This document shows, piece by piece, positions 1 to 9,343 of a stretch of 64,000 nucleotides of DNA; position 1 is the first letter of the stretch; the number at the start of each line of letters is the position of its first letter. A program made the position numbers and the translations under genes. Under the pieces are notes generated by a model, which ran no database searches, was not told the origin of the DNA, and saw only the letters and a list, made by a program, of their open reading frames with translations. The stretch is from Candidatus Nanohaloarchaea archaeon (GTDB lineage Archaea > Nanohalarchaeota > Nanosalinia > Nanosalinales > Nanosalinaceae): assembly GCA_047617745.1 (NCBI GenBank), contig JBLGBN010000001.1:69065-133064 (forward strand), read 5' to 3'.

Positions 1-1784
1 AACCGTATTAGTGTGTTATAGTGGATCTTGAGATCTCCAAAGTCCTGAATATTGATAGTTACTTCATCTCCTTCTACTCTGAAATCTCCGTTATGCACTG
101 CTACAAGGAACTCCGTTATCTGTAATGCGAACTGCTCGTAACTTTCCTGCTGTAGGTTATTCTCTACATAGTTTACAAATACCTGCTCTAGTTCTTCCAC
201 ATGTCTATGGTTGATCTCCTGCTCAAGAGTCTGCTCTATGGTTAGATCGCCCTGGCTCTCCTCTATATCTATATCAATTATTTGCTGGATCAGCTGCTGG
301 TTTAACCCCCGATCTCCCTCAATTATGAGCAGGGATATAATTGACAGGAGTTTTTCCTGATCTGGCTCTGTTTGGCCCAGTATCTTTATCAGCTGCCTTA
401 TGACATCTATGTCGATATCTACATCGTTTCCGTTCTGACCTGGAATCATGACGTTATTGTTGCCTATCTGGACGTTCCCTTCCAGCAGATGTGCGAACTG
501 CATCATGGCAGGGGTCATCATCTGCTGCTGCATCTGCATCTGGTTCATCATATTGTGCCACATCATCATCTGCTGCTGCATCTGCTGATTGTTTATATTG
601 ATATCCGGAGAATCTCCTCCCTGTCCTCCAAACAGAGCTGCAAAGAGCTGCTGTTGGTTGCCTCCCGGACCTCCGCCAGAACCTGAGCTGCCATTTCCTA
701 CAGTGAAGGTGGCGGTTTCTTGATTAACTTCTCCATTATTGTCTGCTAAATCAGCAATAACATCATAAGTTCCATCAGATATACTTGGATTAGATCCTCC
801 TAATATATCCGAATTCAAGTTATATACCTCAGAGTGACTATCTGCTCCACCGAGATTAAACGTTTGGCTGCCAAATGCCGGCACTTTTATCTCAAGTATG
901 TCTAAACCAGAACTAGAGTTATCACTACAGCTAACGTGAATATCTATATCATTCGCGGAAGCACCGCTTCCGGCATCCGATGCTCTAAGAGTGGTAATTG
1001 AGGGAGGTGTGCTCCCGCCTCCTCCACCATTAACATCTAAATGACCTGAATCTCCATTTGTGTTACCATCGTTATCTTCCGCTACAACCCTGTAAGAGTA
1101 AGAACCTGCCGGTATAGGGCTTGAACCTCCTCTGATATTAGTTATAGGGATAGAAGCACTATCAGATGGACCGTTCAAACTATGATCCATTGAGTATGAG
1201 TCAAATTCTATCCGAGCCTTATCCAGACCGCTGCCAGAATTATCACTGACAGATATCTGCATCTCGATGTCATCAGAAGACATTCCAGGAGAGGGATTCG
1301 AAGGATTAAAACCTACACTTATAGATGGCGGATTGCTAGAATTCCCGCCTCCACCACCTCCTCCCAAGTTAAATCCTGACCACCAGCGGTATATAGCGTA
1401 AGCCAGTCCGGCGAGGCCTGCCATTGCCAGTAGGAACGCGAATATTCCTAGAGGGTAGAATCTCAGGATCAGGAAGGAAAGGACAGCGGAAAGCATAATT
1501 GCGGATTTCTTTGGAACTGTGCTGGCTCCTGAAGGCATGTTGCCTGCCGCCCAGTTAAACGCTCCCAGAAGTACGAAGTATAGTATGGCTAAAATACCTA
1601 TAAACGGTAGAAAAACATTGTAGAAGAAACTGCCGGAATCGTTAACATCGGAGTAAGGGAAGAGTTCGTCAAGCCATTCGTAACCTGCAGAACCTGCTCC
1701 GCCGGCCCCCTGGGCGCCTGCAACCTGAAAGAAAATTAGCGTCAGAAGAACGATGGCTATAATCCGGTTTTTCCAGGAACCCAT
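1..1784 (-). CDS. Multidomain membrane protein, 3'-truncated by the window: signal/TM helices, two Ig-like repeats, Q/M-rich linker, acidic helical region
   Basis: Not in the ORF track because it runs off the window. Hand translation from ATG at 1784 gives MGSWKNRIIAIVLLTLIFFQ...FLPFIGIFAILYFVLL...PPSISVGF...SVSDNSGSGLD...PPSITTL...SCSDNSSSGLD...QQMQQQMMMWHNMMNQMQMQQQMM, with no stop to position 1. Confidence 0.85.
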   Translation of the reverse strand, partial: MGSWKNRIIAIVLLTLIFFQVAGAQGAGGAGSAGYEWLDELFPYSDVNDSGSFFYNVFLPFIGILAILYFVLLGAFNWAAGNMPSGASTVPKKSAIMLSAVLSFLILRFYPLGIFAFLLAMAGLAGLAYAIYRWWSGFNLGGGGGGGNSSNPPSISVGFNPSNPSPGMSSDDIEMQISVSDNSGSGLDKARIEFDSYSMDHSLNGPSDSASIPITNIRGGSSPIPAGSYSYRVVAEDNDGNTNGDSGHLDVNGGGGGSTPPSITTLRASDAGSGASANDIDIHVSCSDNSSSGLDILEIKVPAFGSQTFNLGGADSHSEVYNLNSDILGGSNPSISDGTYDVIADLADNNGEVNQETATFTVGNGSSGSGGGPGGNQQQLFAALFGGQGGDSPDININNQQMQQQMMMWHNMMNQMQMQQQMMTPAMMQFAHLLEGNVQIGNNNVMIPGQNGNDVDIDIDVIRQLIKILGQTEPDQEKLLSIISLLIIEGDRGLNQQLIQQIIDIDIEESQGDLTIEQTLEQEINHRHVEELEQVFVNYVENNLQQESYEQFALQITEFLVAVHNGDFRVEGDEVTINIQDFGDLKIHYNTLIR

Positions 1785-1809
1785 ATAGTGACTTTGATGT
1801 AGCTAATTT

Positions 1810-2052
1810 TTAATTTGTTCCCTCGTTAAAGTACCCTAGCCGCTCCAGAGTCTCGATTATTCCCCAGGCGTAGATAACGGATTCCCATGCCCGGATATAA
1901 TCTTCTTCCTCAAGAAAATGTTTGGTATCATCCCGGTAAGCGAGAACGTTCTCCATCTGTTCAACTGATTCATCCCTTTCATCTATCCGGTTATTTAGCT
2001 TTTCCAGCCATTTCTCTGTCTCTTCTTTCAGCTTTTGCTGTGTTTCGTTCAT
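1810..2052 (-). CDS. DUF357 family protein
   Basis: AYRDDTKHFLEEEDYIRAWESVIYAWG motif; overlaps dph5, a typical archaeal neighbourhood. Confidence 0.8.
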   Translation of the reverse strand: MNETQQKLKEETEKWLEKLNNRIDERDESVEQMENVLAYRDDTKHFLEEEDYIRAWESVIYAWGIIETLERLGYFNEGTN

Positions 2053-2756
2053 TCCTGGTGCGCCTCGAGAAATTCTTCTTCCTTGTGAGATTTATCTCCG
2101 GTTAAAATAATTGAATGTGGAGGTTCGCCGAATTCGTGGTCGGCGGCTTCTCTCAAATTCATGACGGTTATCTCCTGATCGTCATGGTTGGCTCTCTCCA
2201 GAATTACCGCCTCTCTTTCCGCCAGGCCCTCATCTATTTTGATTAATTTATCCGCTGCCTTGTCCGCAGGGTAGTCTATATCAAGGAGTATCAAACTGTG
2301 GAGGCCTATCGAGCTGTTCTTATCGATGTACTGTGTAACTGATTCCGGCGCTGAATCTCTCGGCAGGGTAACTGTTCTTCCGAACTTGTATACATTAAGC
2401 CCGGTTTCAGCTATCGAGACAAAGATGGACGGTGCGTGAATAACCTTCGTCTCTATCCCCTTCTTTTCTGCTCTATGCTTGATATCGTAATGTGTAGTCG
2501 CGGTCAGTGAATCTCCTGAAACCAGAAAAGCGGTCTCCTCCTTCTCCGCAGCTTCCAGAACCCTATCTTCCTGTTCAACATCCTCTCTGTCAAGCTTCTG
2601 GATTTCAGTGCCGGTCTGATCTTCAAGTCCCGCTAGGTCAATATTCTCTGTGTTGGTGTAGAACTCGGCGAACGCCCTATCTACTTTCTTCAGAGCCTCT
2701 AACCCTTTCTGTGTGATCTCTCCATCATCCAGCCCTAGACCGATTAAGTATAGCAT
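2049..2756 (-). CDS. dph5: Diphthine synthase
   Basis: MLYLIGLGL, EFYT, GD-x-L-x-ATTH, YKFGRTVTLP, GLHSLILLD motifs. Confidence 0.95.
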   Translation of the reverse strand: MLYLIGLGLDDGEITQKGLEALKKVDRAFAEFYTNTENIDLAGLEDQTGTEIQKLDREDVEQEDRVLEAAEKEETAFLVSGDSLTATTHYDIKHRAEKKGIETKVIHAPSIFVSIAETGLNVYKFGRTVTLPRDSAPESVTQYIDKNSSIGLHSLILLDIDYPADKAADKLIKIDEGLAEREAVILERANHDDQEITVMNLREAADHEFGEPPHSIILTGDKSHKEEEFLEAHQE

Positions 2757-2791
2757 ACAGTTAAAATGTCTAGAGCAAACTTTAACTAATC

Positions 2792-3817
2792 ATGGAGCAG
2801 GAAAAACTGGAGCAAAAAGTCAGGGAGCTATTTGAGAGACAGGGATTTGATCTTGAGGAAACTAGAAGAGGCTTTACAGCAGAAAAAGATAACCACAAAC
2901 TTGACTTGAAAATCTTCTCCTCAGAAGAATACAGTCTTGCCGATCTGGAAAAATACGTATCAGAGGATGACAGTGTTTTTGTGGATGAAACGCTCTCCGC
3001 AGCGAAGGACACTTTGGACGAAGAAGTCTCTGTACTGACGGAAGAAGAGGAAGATCCAGAGTTCGAAACACCTTCATATGAAGTCATCGGCGATATAGCC
3101 GTGATAAGCGAGCTCGCAGGAATTGACCGTGAGGAAGCAGTAGACGGAATACTGCACCATCAGAACGTGAAAACAATACTGCTGAAGAAAGGTGGATTGG
3201 AAGGAGAGTTTAGAGTTGGGAACTACGAGAAACTGTATGGTGAGGAAACGGAGACAGTCCACAAAGAGTTTGGACGCGAGTTCCGTGTCGATCCAACAAA
3301 GGTCTATTTTTCTGAAAGATTCTCGACTGAGAGAAAGAGAGTAGTGGGTCAGATAGAGGATGGAGAGAAAGTTCTAGTAATGTTTGCCGGGATCGGCCCA
3401 TTCGCTATACTTTCTGCCAAGCTGGCAAATCCCGAAAAAGTTGTAGCGGTAGAGAAAAACCCGGAAGCTGCGGAATACCTGGAAGAGAACATTTTGATCA
3501 ACGATGTAGAAGACACAGTTGAGGCGGTAGAGGGCGATGTAAGGGATGTTTTGGCAGAAATGGAGGAAAAGTTCGACCGAGTTGTAATGCCTCTGCCGGA
3601 GTCGGCGGACGAATTTCTGGAACTTGCCGCCGAACACACAGAGTATAACGGCGTTATACATTATTATCGGTTCCTAGAAGAAGACAACTGGCAAGATCTA
3701 GAACAGGAAGTTGACCAGCACATAAAGAATTACAAGATTCTTAACCGGGTTGAATGCGGCGAGAGAGGCCCTTCGGTCAAGAGAGTTTGTCTGGATATCA
3801 AAGTTCTGAACGAGTAG
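2792..3817 (+). CDS. Trm5/Taw2 (Met-10+) family SAM-dependent tRNA methyltransferase
   Basis: SYEVIGDIAV, GEFRV, KVYFSER, MFAGIGPFAI, FDRVVMPLP. Confidence 0.85.
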   Translation: MEQEKLEQKVRELFERQGFDLEETRRGFTAEKDNHKLDLKIFSSEEYSLADLEKYVSEDDSVFVDETLSAAKDTLDEEVSVLTEEEEDPEFETPSYEVIGDIAVISELAGIDREEAVDGILHHQNVKTILLKKGGLEGEFRVGNYEKLYGEETETVHKEFGREFRVDPTKVYFSERFSTERKRVVGQIEDGEKVLVMFAGIGPFAILSAKLANPEKVVAVEKNPEAAEYLEENILINDVEDTVEAVEGDVRDVLAEMEEKFDRVVMPLPESADEFLELAAEHTEYNGVIHYYRFLEEDNWQDLEQEVDQHIKNYKILNRVECGERGPSVKRVCLDIKVLNE

Positions 3818-4110
3818 AGAATCAACTGATTTTTAACACTTACTGCTTAATGTGTTACTGCTCGATTACAAAAGTGGTTATTATGGACGAAAAAGACGAC
3901 AAAAGCACACTGGGCGCAATAGCAGGCTACCAGATCGGAAATATGTTAAGCGTAGCTCCAGGACCCCTAACCGGCGTAAAAATATTAGTCGACCATCTTG
4001 CGAAAGATAGATCAACAGATTACACAGGTACAGACATTCCTGTCGATGAAAATGATACTACTTCATTTCAAAATCAAAAAAACACATCAGCAAAAGGAGG
4101 TGACAATGAA

Positions 4111-4551
4111 ATGACCGAAGTAGGACCAGACCGAGGAGATATCCGAGAGCTTTCAGGCAAGGCTAGACACGACTATGCCACAAAACAGCTCCTTGAACAG
4201 GATCTCGCAGAGACCGAAGCAGAAGCAGAAGAGTACGCGGAAGTCCTGGTTGAATTAGCAGACGCAACATCCTCTTATGAGGAAGATCTAGAACAGATGG
4301 GCGAAGATTTCCAGCAGGTAGTTGACGATATGGTAACTTACCTAGACGGAAACCAGGATCAGCTCGAGAACATGAGAGACAAGGTAGAAGGAATAGAGAG
4401 AACTCTAGAAGGAGCTGTAAGGACCGCATACGAAGTAGAAGGAGTAGACGTAGACACAGAGGATTTCGAGTATGATCTCGGACCAATAGGAAGACAGCAC
4501 CTTAACAGCCTTCACAACTTTGTAGAGAGTGTTTACGGAGAGGACAATTAA
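4111..4551 (+). CDS. Acidic coiled-coil protein, paralogue of the downstream gene
   Basis: ORF 3754-4551; start placed at ATG 4111 because GGAGGTGA lies at 4096-4103; alternative start ATG 3883. Confidence 0.7.
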   Translation: MTEVGPDRGDIRELSGKARHDYATKQLLEQDLAETEAEAEEYAEVLVELADATSSYEEDLEQMGEDFQQVVDDMVTYLDGNQDQLENMRDKVEGIERTLEGAVRTAYEVEGVDVDTEDFEYDLGPIGRQHLNSLHNFVESVYGEDN

Positions 4552-4601
4552 CTCTCTACAAAACAATTTCTTTTTTAATTGTTATTCTTCAATAACAACA
4601 C

Positions 4602-5270
4602 ATGGTTGATGATGAAGATGCCCGCGAACTAGAGCGGGAAACCAAAAAACACTACAGGACGACCCAGGAACTCGGCACTGAGATAGAAGAGCTTGAGGAG
4701 AGGTCCGACGACATTCACACTATGGTTGTTGAGAGAAATTCATACATCAACCAGATTTCTAACGCAATATCCGACACAATAACATACCTCAAAGGCAACA
4801 GAAAGGAGTTAGAGAGCGACAAAGAGGCGGTAGAGAACTCTAACGAAAAACTGGAAGAGGTTCAGGAAGAGTTATCCCGAAGAAATTTTAGTAAATTAGC
4901 AGGATATGGGTTAGCAGCTTTAGGGACAGGAGCAGCGTTAACTGGAGGCGCATTCGCATATGATGAAGTAACTGGAGACCCGCAGGCGTTAAACCCAGAA
5001 GATTATGACACATATATAGATAGTGAGGAAACTCTCGAAGATCTGGCAATGTCGTACCAGAACTCAGATACAGAAAGCCTAAATTCTATAGGAGACAGGC
5101 TGGAACAGGAAATAGACCAGAATTCCGAAATTAATCTGGGGTTTAAATCCGGTTTTGCCGACGATTTTGTTGATGTTAACGCAGGTAGGGATCTAGTAAA
5201 GCGGTATGAACTTGGTCAGGCGGCTTATGAACAGGCGGTCGACGAAACTCTAGATGTTACGCAGCAGTAA
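4602..5270 (+). CDS. Coiled-coil protein with internal twin-arginine-like motif and TM helix
   Basis: Heptad-like acidic N-terminus, then SRRNFSKLAGYGLAALGTGAALTGGAFA. Confidence 0.75.
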   Translation: MVDDEDARELERETKKHYRTTQELGTEIEELEERSDDIHTMVVERNSYINQISNAISDTITYLKGNRKELESDKEAVENSNEKLEEVQEELSRRNFSKLAGYGLAALGTGAALTGGAFAYDEVTGDPQALNPEDYDTYIDSEETLEDLAMSYQNSDTESLNSIGDRLEQEIDQNSEINLGFKSGFADDFVDVNAGRDLVKRYELGQAAYEQAVDETLDVTQQ

Positions 5271-5322
5271 CAAAAAGTATTTAAATCCCTGACACTATTA
5301 TCAACTTATTGGTGACTATTCA

Positions 5323-6417
5323 ATGGTAACACGAAGACAATTCTTAGGAGGCAGTGGCGCAGTAGCCGCTGCAGCAGCAACAGGAGGCACAGCCTGGTGG
5401 GGACTCAGTGGAAAAGAGTTCATCGCAGGAACAGACGAAGAAGAGCTAGAAGGACAGGCAGGCGCCTTCAGAGGAAATATTGAAAATCTTGATAAAGAGC
5501 TAGATAACGCATTCAAAGACGTCAGCGTTTCAACCAACACAGAAGATTACGAAGGTAGAGGAGAAGAACTTATTGAAGGCAAGTTCAACGCGGCAATTCC
5601 CGCCGACCCTCAATCATTCAATATCCCAAGAGAAGTCGATGAAGAGTCAGTAATGTACACATGGCAGGAAGGAACAGGCCCTGTTGGCCTGGATGAAACC
5701 TGGGAGTCAATTAAATCCCAGATCGGTCTGGGCAGCCAGGATGAAGGTATTCTGGAAGATGTGAAGGAAGAATTCGGAAACGTTGTTCTCTACACAGCTA
5801 CAACCGAAGATCATCAGCCAGATTATACAGACGACGATATAGATGATCTCGAAGACCTGCACGAAGATCTTGAGGACGAATTTGATGAAGTAGTAGGATA
5901 CCTGAACGATCTTGCCAACGAAATAACAAACGTAAGAGCGCTCAACAATGAGCTTGAAGCGGCAGAATACCAGAAATCGCACAAGCTTCCTCTCGTAGGA
6001 GAAGTCTGGGGAGAAAGTTACAACGGCGATCAGATAACCAAGGACGAGGTAGAAGCACTTCAGAAAGGTGAAGATCAGTATGATGGAATCGGCCTTGAGG
6101 AAAGTCTCGACATGGCTCAGGAAGAGTACAGGGATGCAGCTAAACAGGCAGCAAGAGTAGGAATTGTCAAGGAACTGGTAGGTCAGACTGTAGCCGATGC
6201 CAAAGATCAGCTAGAGACCTACGGAGAACCGGACGATCCAGAAAAACCTTCGGAACCTTCCTGCACCTACGATGATTTCTCGGAGTCGGACAGAGACGCA
6301 CTGGCAGATGAAGGTTATACCCAGGAAGATGTAGAGGACGTAATAGAGAAAGATAACGGGTATGTCAAAGCCGTCTTTGAAGACGGCCGAGAATACATAG
6401 CTGAGACTTCCTGCTAG
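5323..6417 (+). CDS. Twin-arginine signal protein, acidic and helical
   Basis: MVTRRQFLGGSGAVAAAAATGGTAWWG; GGTGA SD at 5311-5315. Confidence 0.8.
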   Translation: MVTRRQFLGGSGAVAAAAATGGTAWWGLSGKEFIAGTDEEELEGQAGAFRGNIENLDKELDNAFKDVSVSTNTEDYEGRGEELIEGKFNAAIPADPQSFNIPREVDEESVMYTWQEGTGPVGLDETWESIKSQIGLGSQDEGILEDVKEEFGNVVLYTATTEDHQPDYTDDDIDDLEDLHEDLEDEFDEVVGYLNDLANEITNVRALNNELEAAEYQKSHKLPLVGEVWGESYNGDQITKDEVEALQKGEDQYDGIGLEESLDMAQEEYRDAAKQAARVGIVKELVGQTVADAKDQLETYGEPDDPEKPSEPSCTYDDFSESDRDALADEGYTQEDVEDVIEKDNGYVKAVFEDGREYIAETSC

Positions 6418-6495
6418 GGAGTCCAGCTCTTCTCTTTCATTTAATCTTCAGCCCGAACCAAAACTAATATAAATATACTACGATAAGGTAACAAC

Positions 6496-9270
6496 ATGAG
6501 AACAAAACTGTTTTTGACCATGGTACTTGTGGCAGCAATTTCAGGTACAGCCGCAGCAGAACCAACTGTAACACTCGAAGGACCATCAGAATCAACGGTC
6601 GGCGATGAGATAAACTTGAATGCTGAAACAGATGATAATGTTCAACAGATCTCGATTAACAGAGAGTTAGGGTCAGGCTATTTCTCAGTAGGAACACCGA
6701 AAGACTGTGGAGGCTCTTCATGTAGTATTGAAAGATCCTATAAGCAGGATGAACAAGGAGAAATCACTTTCAGGGCAAAGATTGAAACATTCGAAGGTAA
6801 CTACTTCAGCGATACTTTAACGACAACTTTTGAAGAGAAGAAAGATAACGGAGGTAACGATGGAGACGGCAACGGTGATAAACCTGACGAAGAAGATATC
6901 ATCGAAAAAGTATACTTCACGAATTCGCCTCCTTCAAAAGCAGAAGTCGGGGATAAATTTGAAATGTCCGCAACTGTGAAAGGAGACAGCATTCGTAAAG
7001 CCTCTATTTCCAAAAAAGTCGGTTCCGGATTCCTCTCAGTCGATGATCCAGAAAACTGTGGAGGAAGCTCAACCTGTAAGGTATCAGTTACATACAAGGT
7101 AAAAGATCACGATTCTGGAGAAACTCTGGAATTTAGAGCAATAGGCGAAACAGTTGATGAAACCAAAAAATCTTCACCAGAGTACGTGGAAGTTGAAAAG
7201 AAGGACGAACCTAATAATGGAGGAGACAACGGGGATAAAGGCCCTGATGCTTTCTTCACAGTCTCTGATAGCAGTCCTAGAGTCGGAGAATCTGTAAAGT
7301 TCGATGCGTCAGAAAGTACTGGAAAACTCAAGGAGTACCGATGGACTTTCCCTGAAGGATCAACAAAGTATGGTAAAACAGTTTACAGATCTTTCAGCTC
7401 TACTGGTGAGAAAAAGGTCCGACTGAAGGTCACAGATTACGATGGAGATAGAGATACGTACAGCAGAACATTGAATGTTCAGGACCAGGATCAGTGCGGA
7501 GTCCACGTCGGATCTCTTAGACTTGATGATTACGAGGTAGAGGAAGGAGATACAACAGAAGCATCTATCAAAGTCAGCAACACCGGTGACTCCCAAGACT
7601 TCAATATCAAGATATTCAGAGAAAGCGAGAAAGTCCTGGAAAGAAGTACGTCAGTATCACGTAATGGAGAGGAAAGGTTCAATATAGATATAACAGCGAA
7701 TTCAGATACAGATGTAAGAGCAGAGATAAGAACATCGGGCGAGCCCTGTGGAAGCCAACTGTTCGAGAGATCGAAAAAACTGGAAGTAGTGGATGATGAC
7801 GATGACAGAGACGACGGCGAAAGACCAACCGCAAGACTGGATATCGATCCGAACAGTGCCGATACAGGGGAAGAAATAGAGTTCGACGCCCGGGGAAGTA
7901 CTGATCCGGATGGAGACATCGAGGATTACGAGTTCGATCTCGATGGCGACGGGGACTATGAGCTAAGTAATGATGATGGAGAAGTTGAGAGAAGCTTCTT
8001 TGAAGAGATAGACAGAAGAGCAAAGGTCAGAGTTATTGACGAAGACGGTTATACAGACACAGACTCAGAAAGATACAGAGTTAGAGCAGGAAGCAGAGTA
8101 TCCTTCAGCGACATTGAAATTCCGGACGATGTATGTGCGGGAGAGAACTTTGAGGTAACATTCACCGCCAGAAACATCGGAGATGATGAGAGGCTCCTGA
8201 TAGTTGAGGGAGAAGGATTCGGCGACAGAAATAGTTACAGCACTCATCTTGAGGAGGACGAAGAAGATGAAGTAACAGTTACATTCACAACTGACGATCC
8301 TGGAACAGAGGAGTTCACAATCCGGGCGCTAGGTGGAAACAGCGATATGATCGAGAACAGTATCGAGGTCCTTGACTGCGGAACAACCGGAGGCCAGGTT
8401 TCCGGAATCTCAATGAAAGTCGTACCTGACAGGGTAAGAGCAGGAGATGCAGTAAAGCTCTCAGGATATGTTGACAACGCCCGGGGTAGAGAGAACGTAA
8501 GGATAGAGATGAACAGCCGCAGAATGAAGGAAGTATCAACAGAACCTGACGGCTACTACTCGACATACATCTACCCTGAGAGAACCGGCGACCTCCAGCT
8601 GACAGCGAAGACGGATAGATACAGAGCTACGAGAGACCTGACAGTTCTGCCGACTGTAACAGTTGGCAATATTGACATACCGGAGACGGTGTTCCAGGGA
8701 GACGAGATAGAGGTCTGTTCAGAGGTTAACTCTCAGAACATTCCTGCAGTACTGCTGGTTGTTGATGGAGAGGTAGTTGAATCAAAGAATGAAAGAGGTG
8801 ATGTCTGCTTTGAGACAACAGCGAAGAAACAGGGAGAAGTCAACTATGAGATAGTTGGACTTGCAAGAGGGCAGAGAAGTTCCTCACAGAGAGAAGTACA
8901 GGTCCACGAGGCAAAGCCAGAGACCTCAAGCTTCCCTGAGCAGGTTGCATCCGTCGAATCAGGAAGAGGTATCGTGAAGACCACTATCTACAACAATAAC
9001 GACAGACGGAAGTCCTACTACGTGAACATCAACGGACTTCCAGAGACATGGACATCAACAACAGAGAAAGAGGTAGTTCTCCAGCCAGGAGAGGAAAGAG
9101 AAGTGTTCTTCTACCTCACCCCTAGAGAAGAAGGAAGCTATGATCCGCTTGTAACAGTGACAAGCGATCGGGAAATAGTGTACACAGAGGAAGTCAAGGT
9201 CGAGGTTGGAGGAACTTCAAAACCCCGAAATCTATCACTATTTGAAAGGCTGAAAAATGCCTTTCTATAG
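6496..9270 (+). CDS. Secreted cell-surface protein with PKD and CARDB/Ig-like domains
   Basis: Signal peptide; PKD-like VKFDASES...YRWTF and IEFDARGSTDPDGDIEDYEFDLDGDG; two N-terminal CGGS-C repeats. Confidence 0.85.
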   Translation: MRTKLFLTMVLVAAISGTAAAEPTVTLEGPSESTVGDEINLNAETDDNVQQISINRELGSGYFSVGTPKDCGGSSCSIERSYKQDEQGEITFRAKIETFEGNYFSDTLTTTFEEKKDNGGNDGDGNGDKPDEEDIIEKVYFTNSPPSKAEVGDKFEMSATVKGDSIRKASISKKVGSGFLSVDDPENCGGSSTCKVSVTYKVKDHDSGETLEFRAIGETVDETKKSSPEYVEVEKKDEPNNGGDNGDKGPDAFFTVSDSSPRVGESVKFDASESTGKLKEYRWTFPEGSTKYGKTVYRSFSSTGEKKVRLKVTDYDGDRDTYSRTLNVQDQDQCGVHVGSLRLDDYEVEEGDTTEASIKVSNTGDSQDFNIKIFRESEKVLERSTSVSRNGEERFNIDITANSDTDVRAEIRTSGEPCGSQLFERSKKLEVVDDDDDRDDGERPTARLDIDPNSADTGEEIEFDARGSTDPDGDIEDYEFDLDGDGDYELSNDDGEVERSFFEEIDRRAKVRVIDEDGYTDTDSERYRVRAGSRVSFSDIEIPDDVCAGENFEVTFTARNIGDDERLLIVEGEGFGDRNSYSTHLEEDEEDEVTVTFTTDDPGTEEFTIRALGGNSDMIENSIEVLDCGTTGGQVSGISMKVVPDRVRAGDAVKLSGYVDNARGRENVRIEMNSRRMKEVSTEPDGYYSTYIYPERTGDLQLTAKTDRYRATRDLTVLPTVTVGNIDIPETVFQGDEIEVCSEVNSQNIPAVLLVVDGEVVESKNERGDVCFETTAKKQGEVNYEIVGLARGQRSSSQREVQVHEAKPETSSFPEQVASVESGRGIVKTTIYNNNDRRKSYYVNINGLPETWTSTTEKEVVLQPGEEREVFFYLTPREEGSYDPLVTVTSDREIVYTEEVKVEVGGTSKPRNLSLFERLKNAFL

Positions 9271-9343
9271 TGGTAAATCGGTTTAACTACCGACCGATAT
9301 ATAAAAATTAATTGAAGTGTTATTACTAGGTGACAATTAAACC

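Noticed and set aside
372..686. His-rich plus-strand ORF
   Set aside because: Antisense shadow of the Q/M-rich tract of the minus-strand gene at 1-1784
3754..4110. Long N-terminal extension of the coiled-coil ORF
   Set aside because: Overlaps the upstream gene; the strong SD and the paralogy both begin at 4111, though a start at 3883 cannot be excluded
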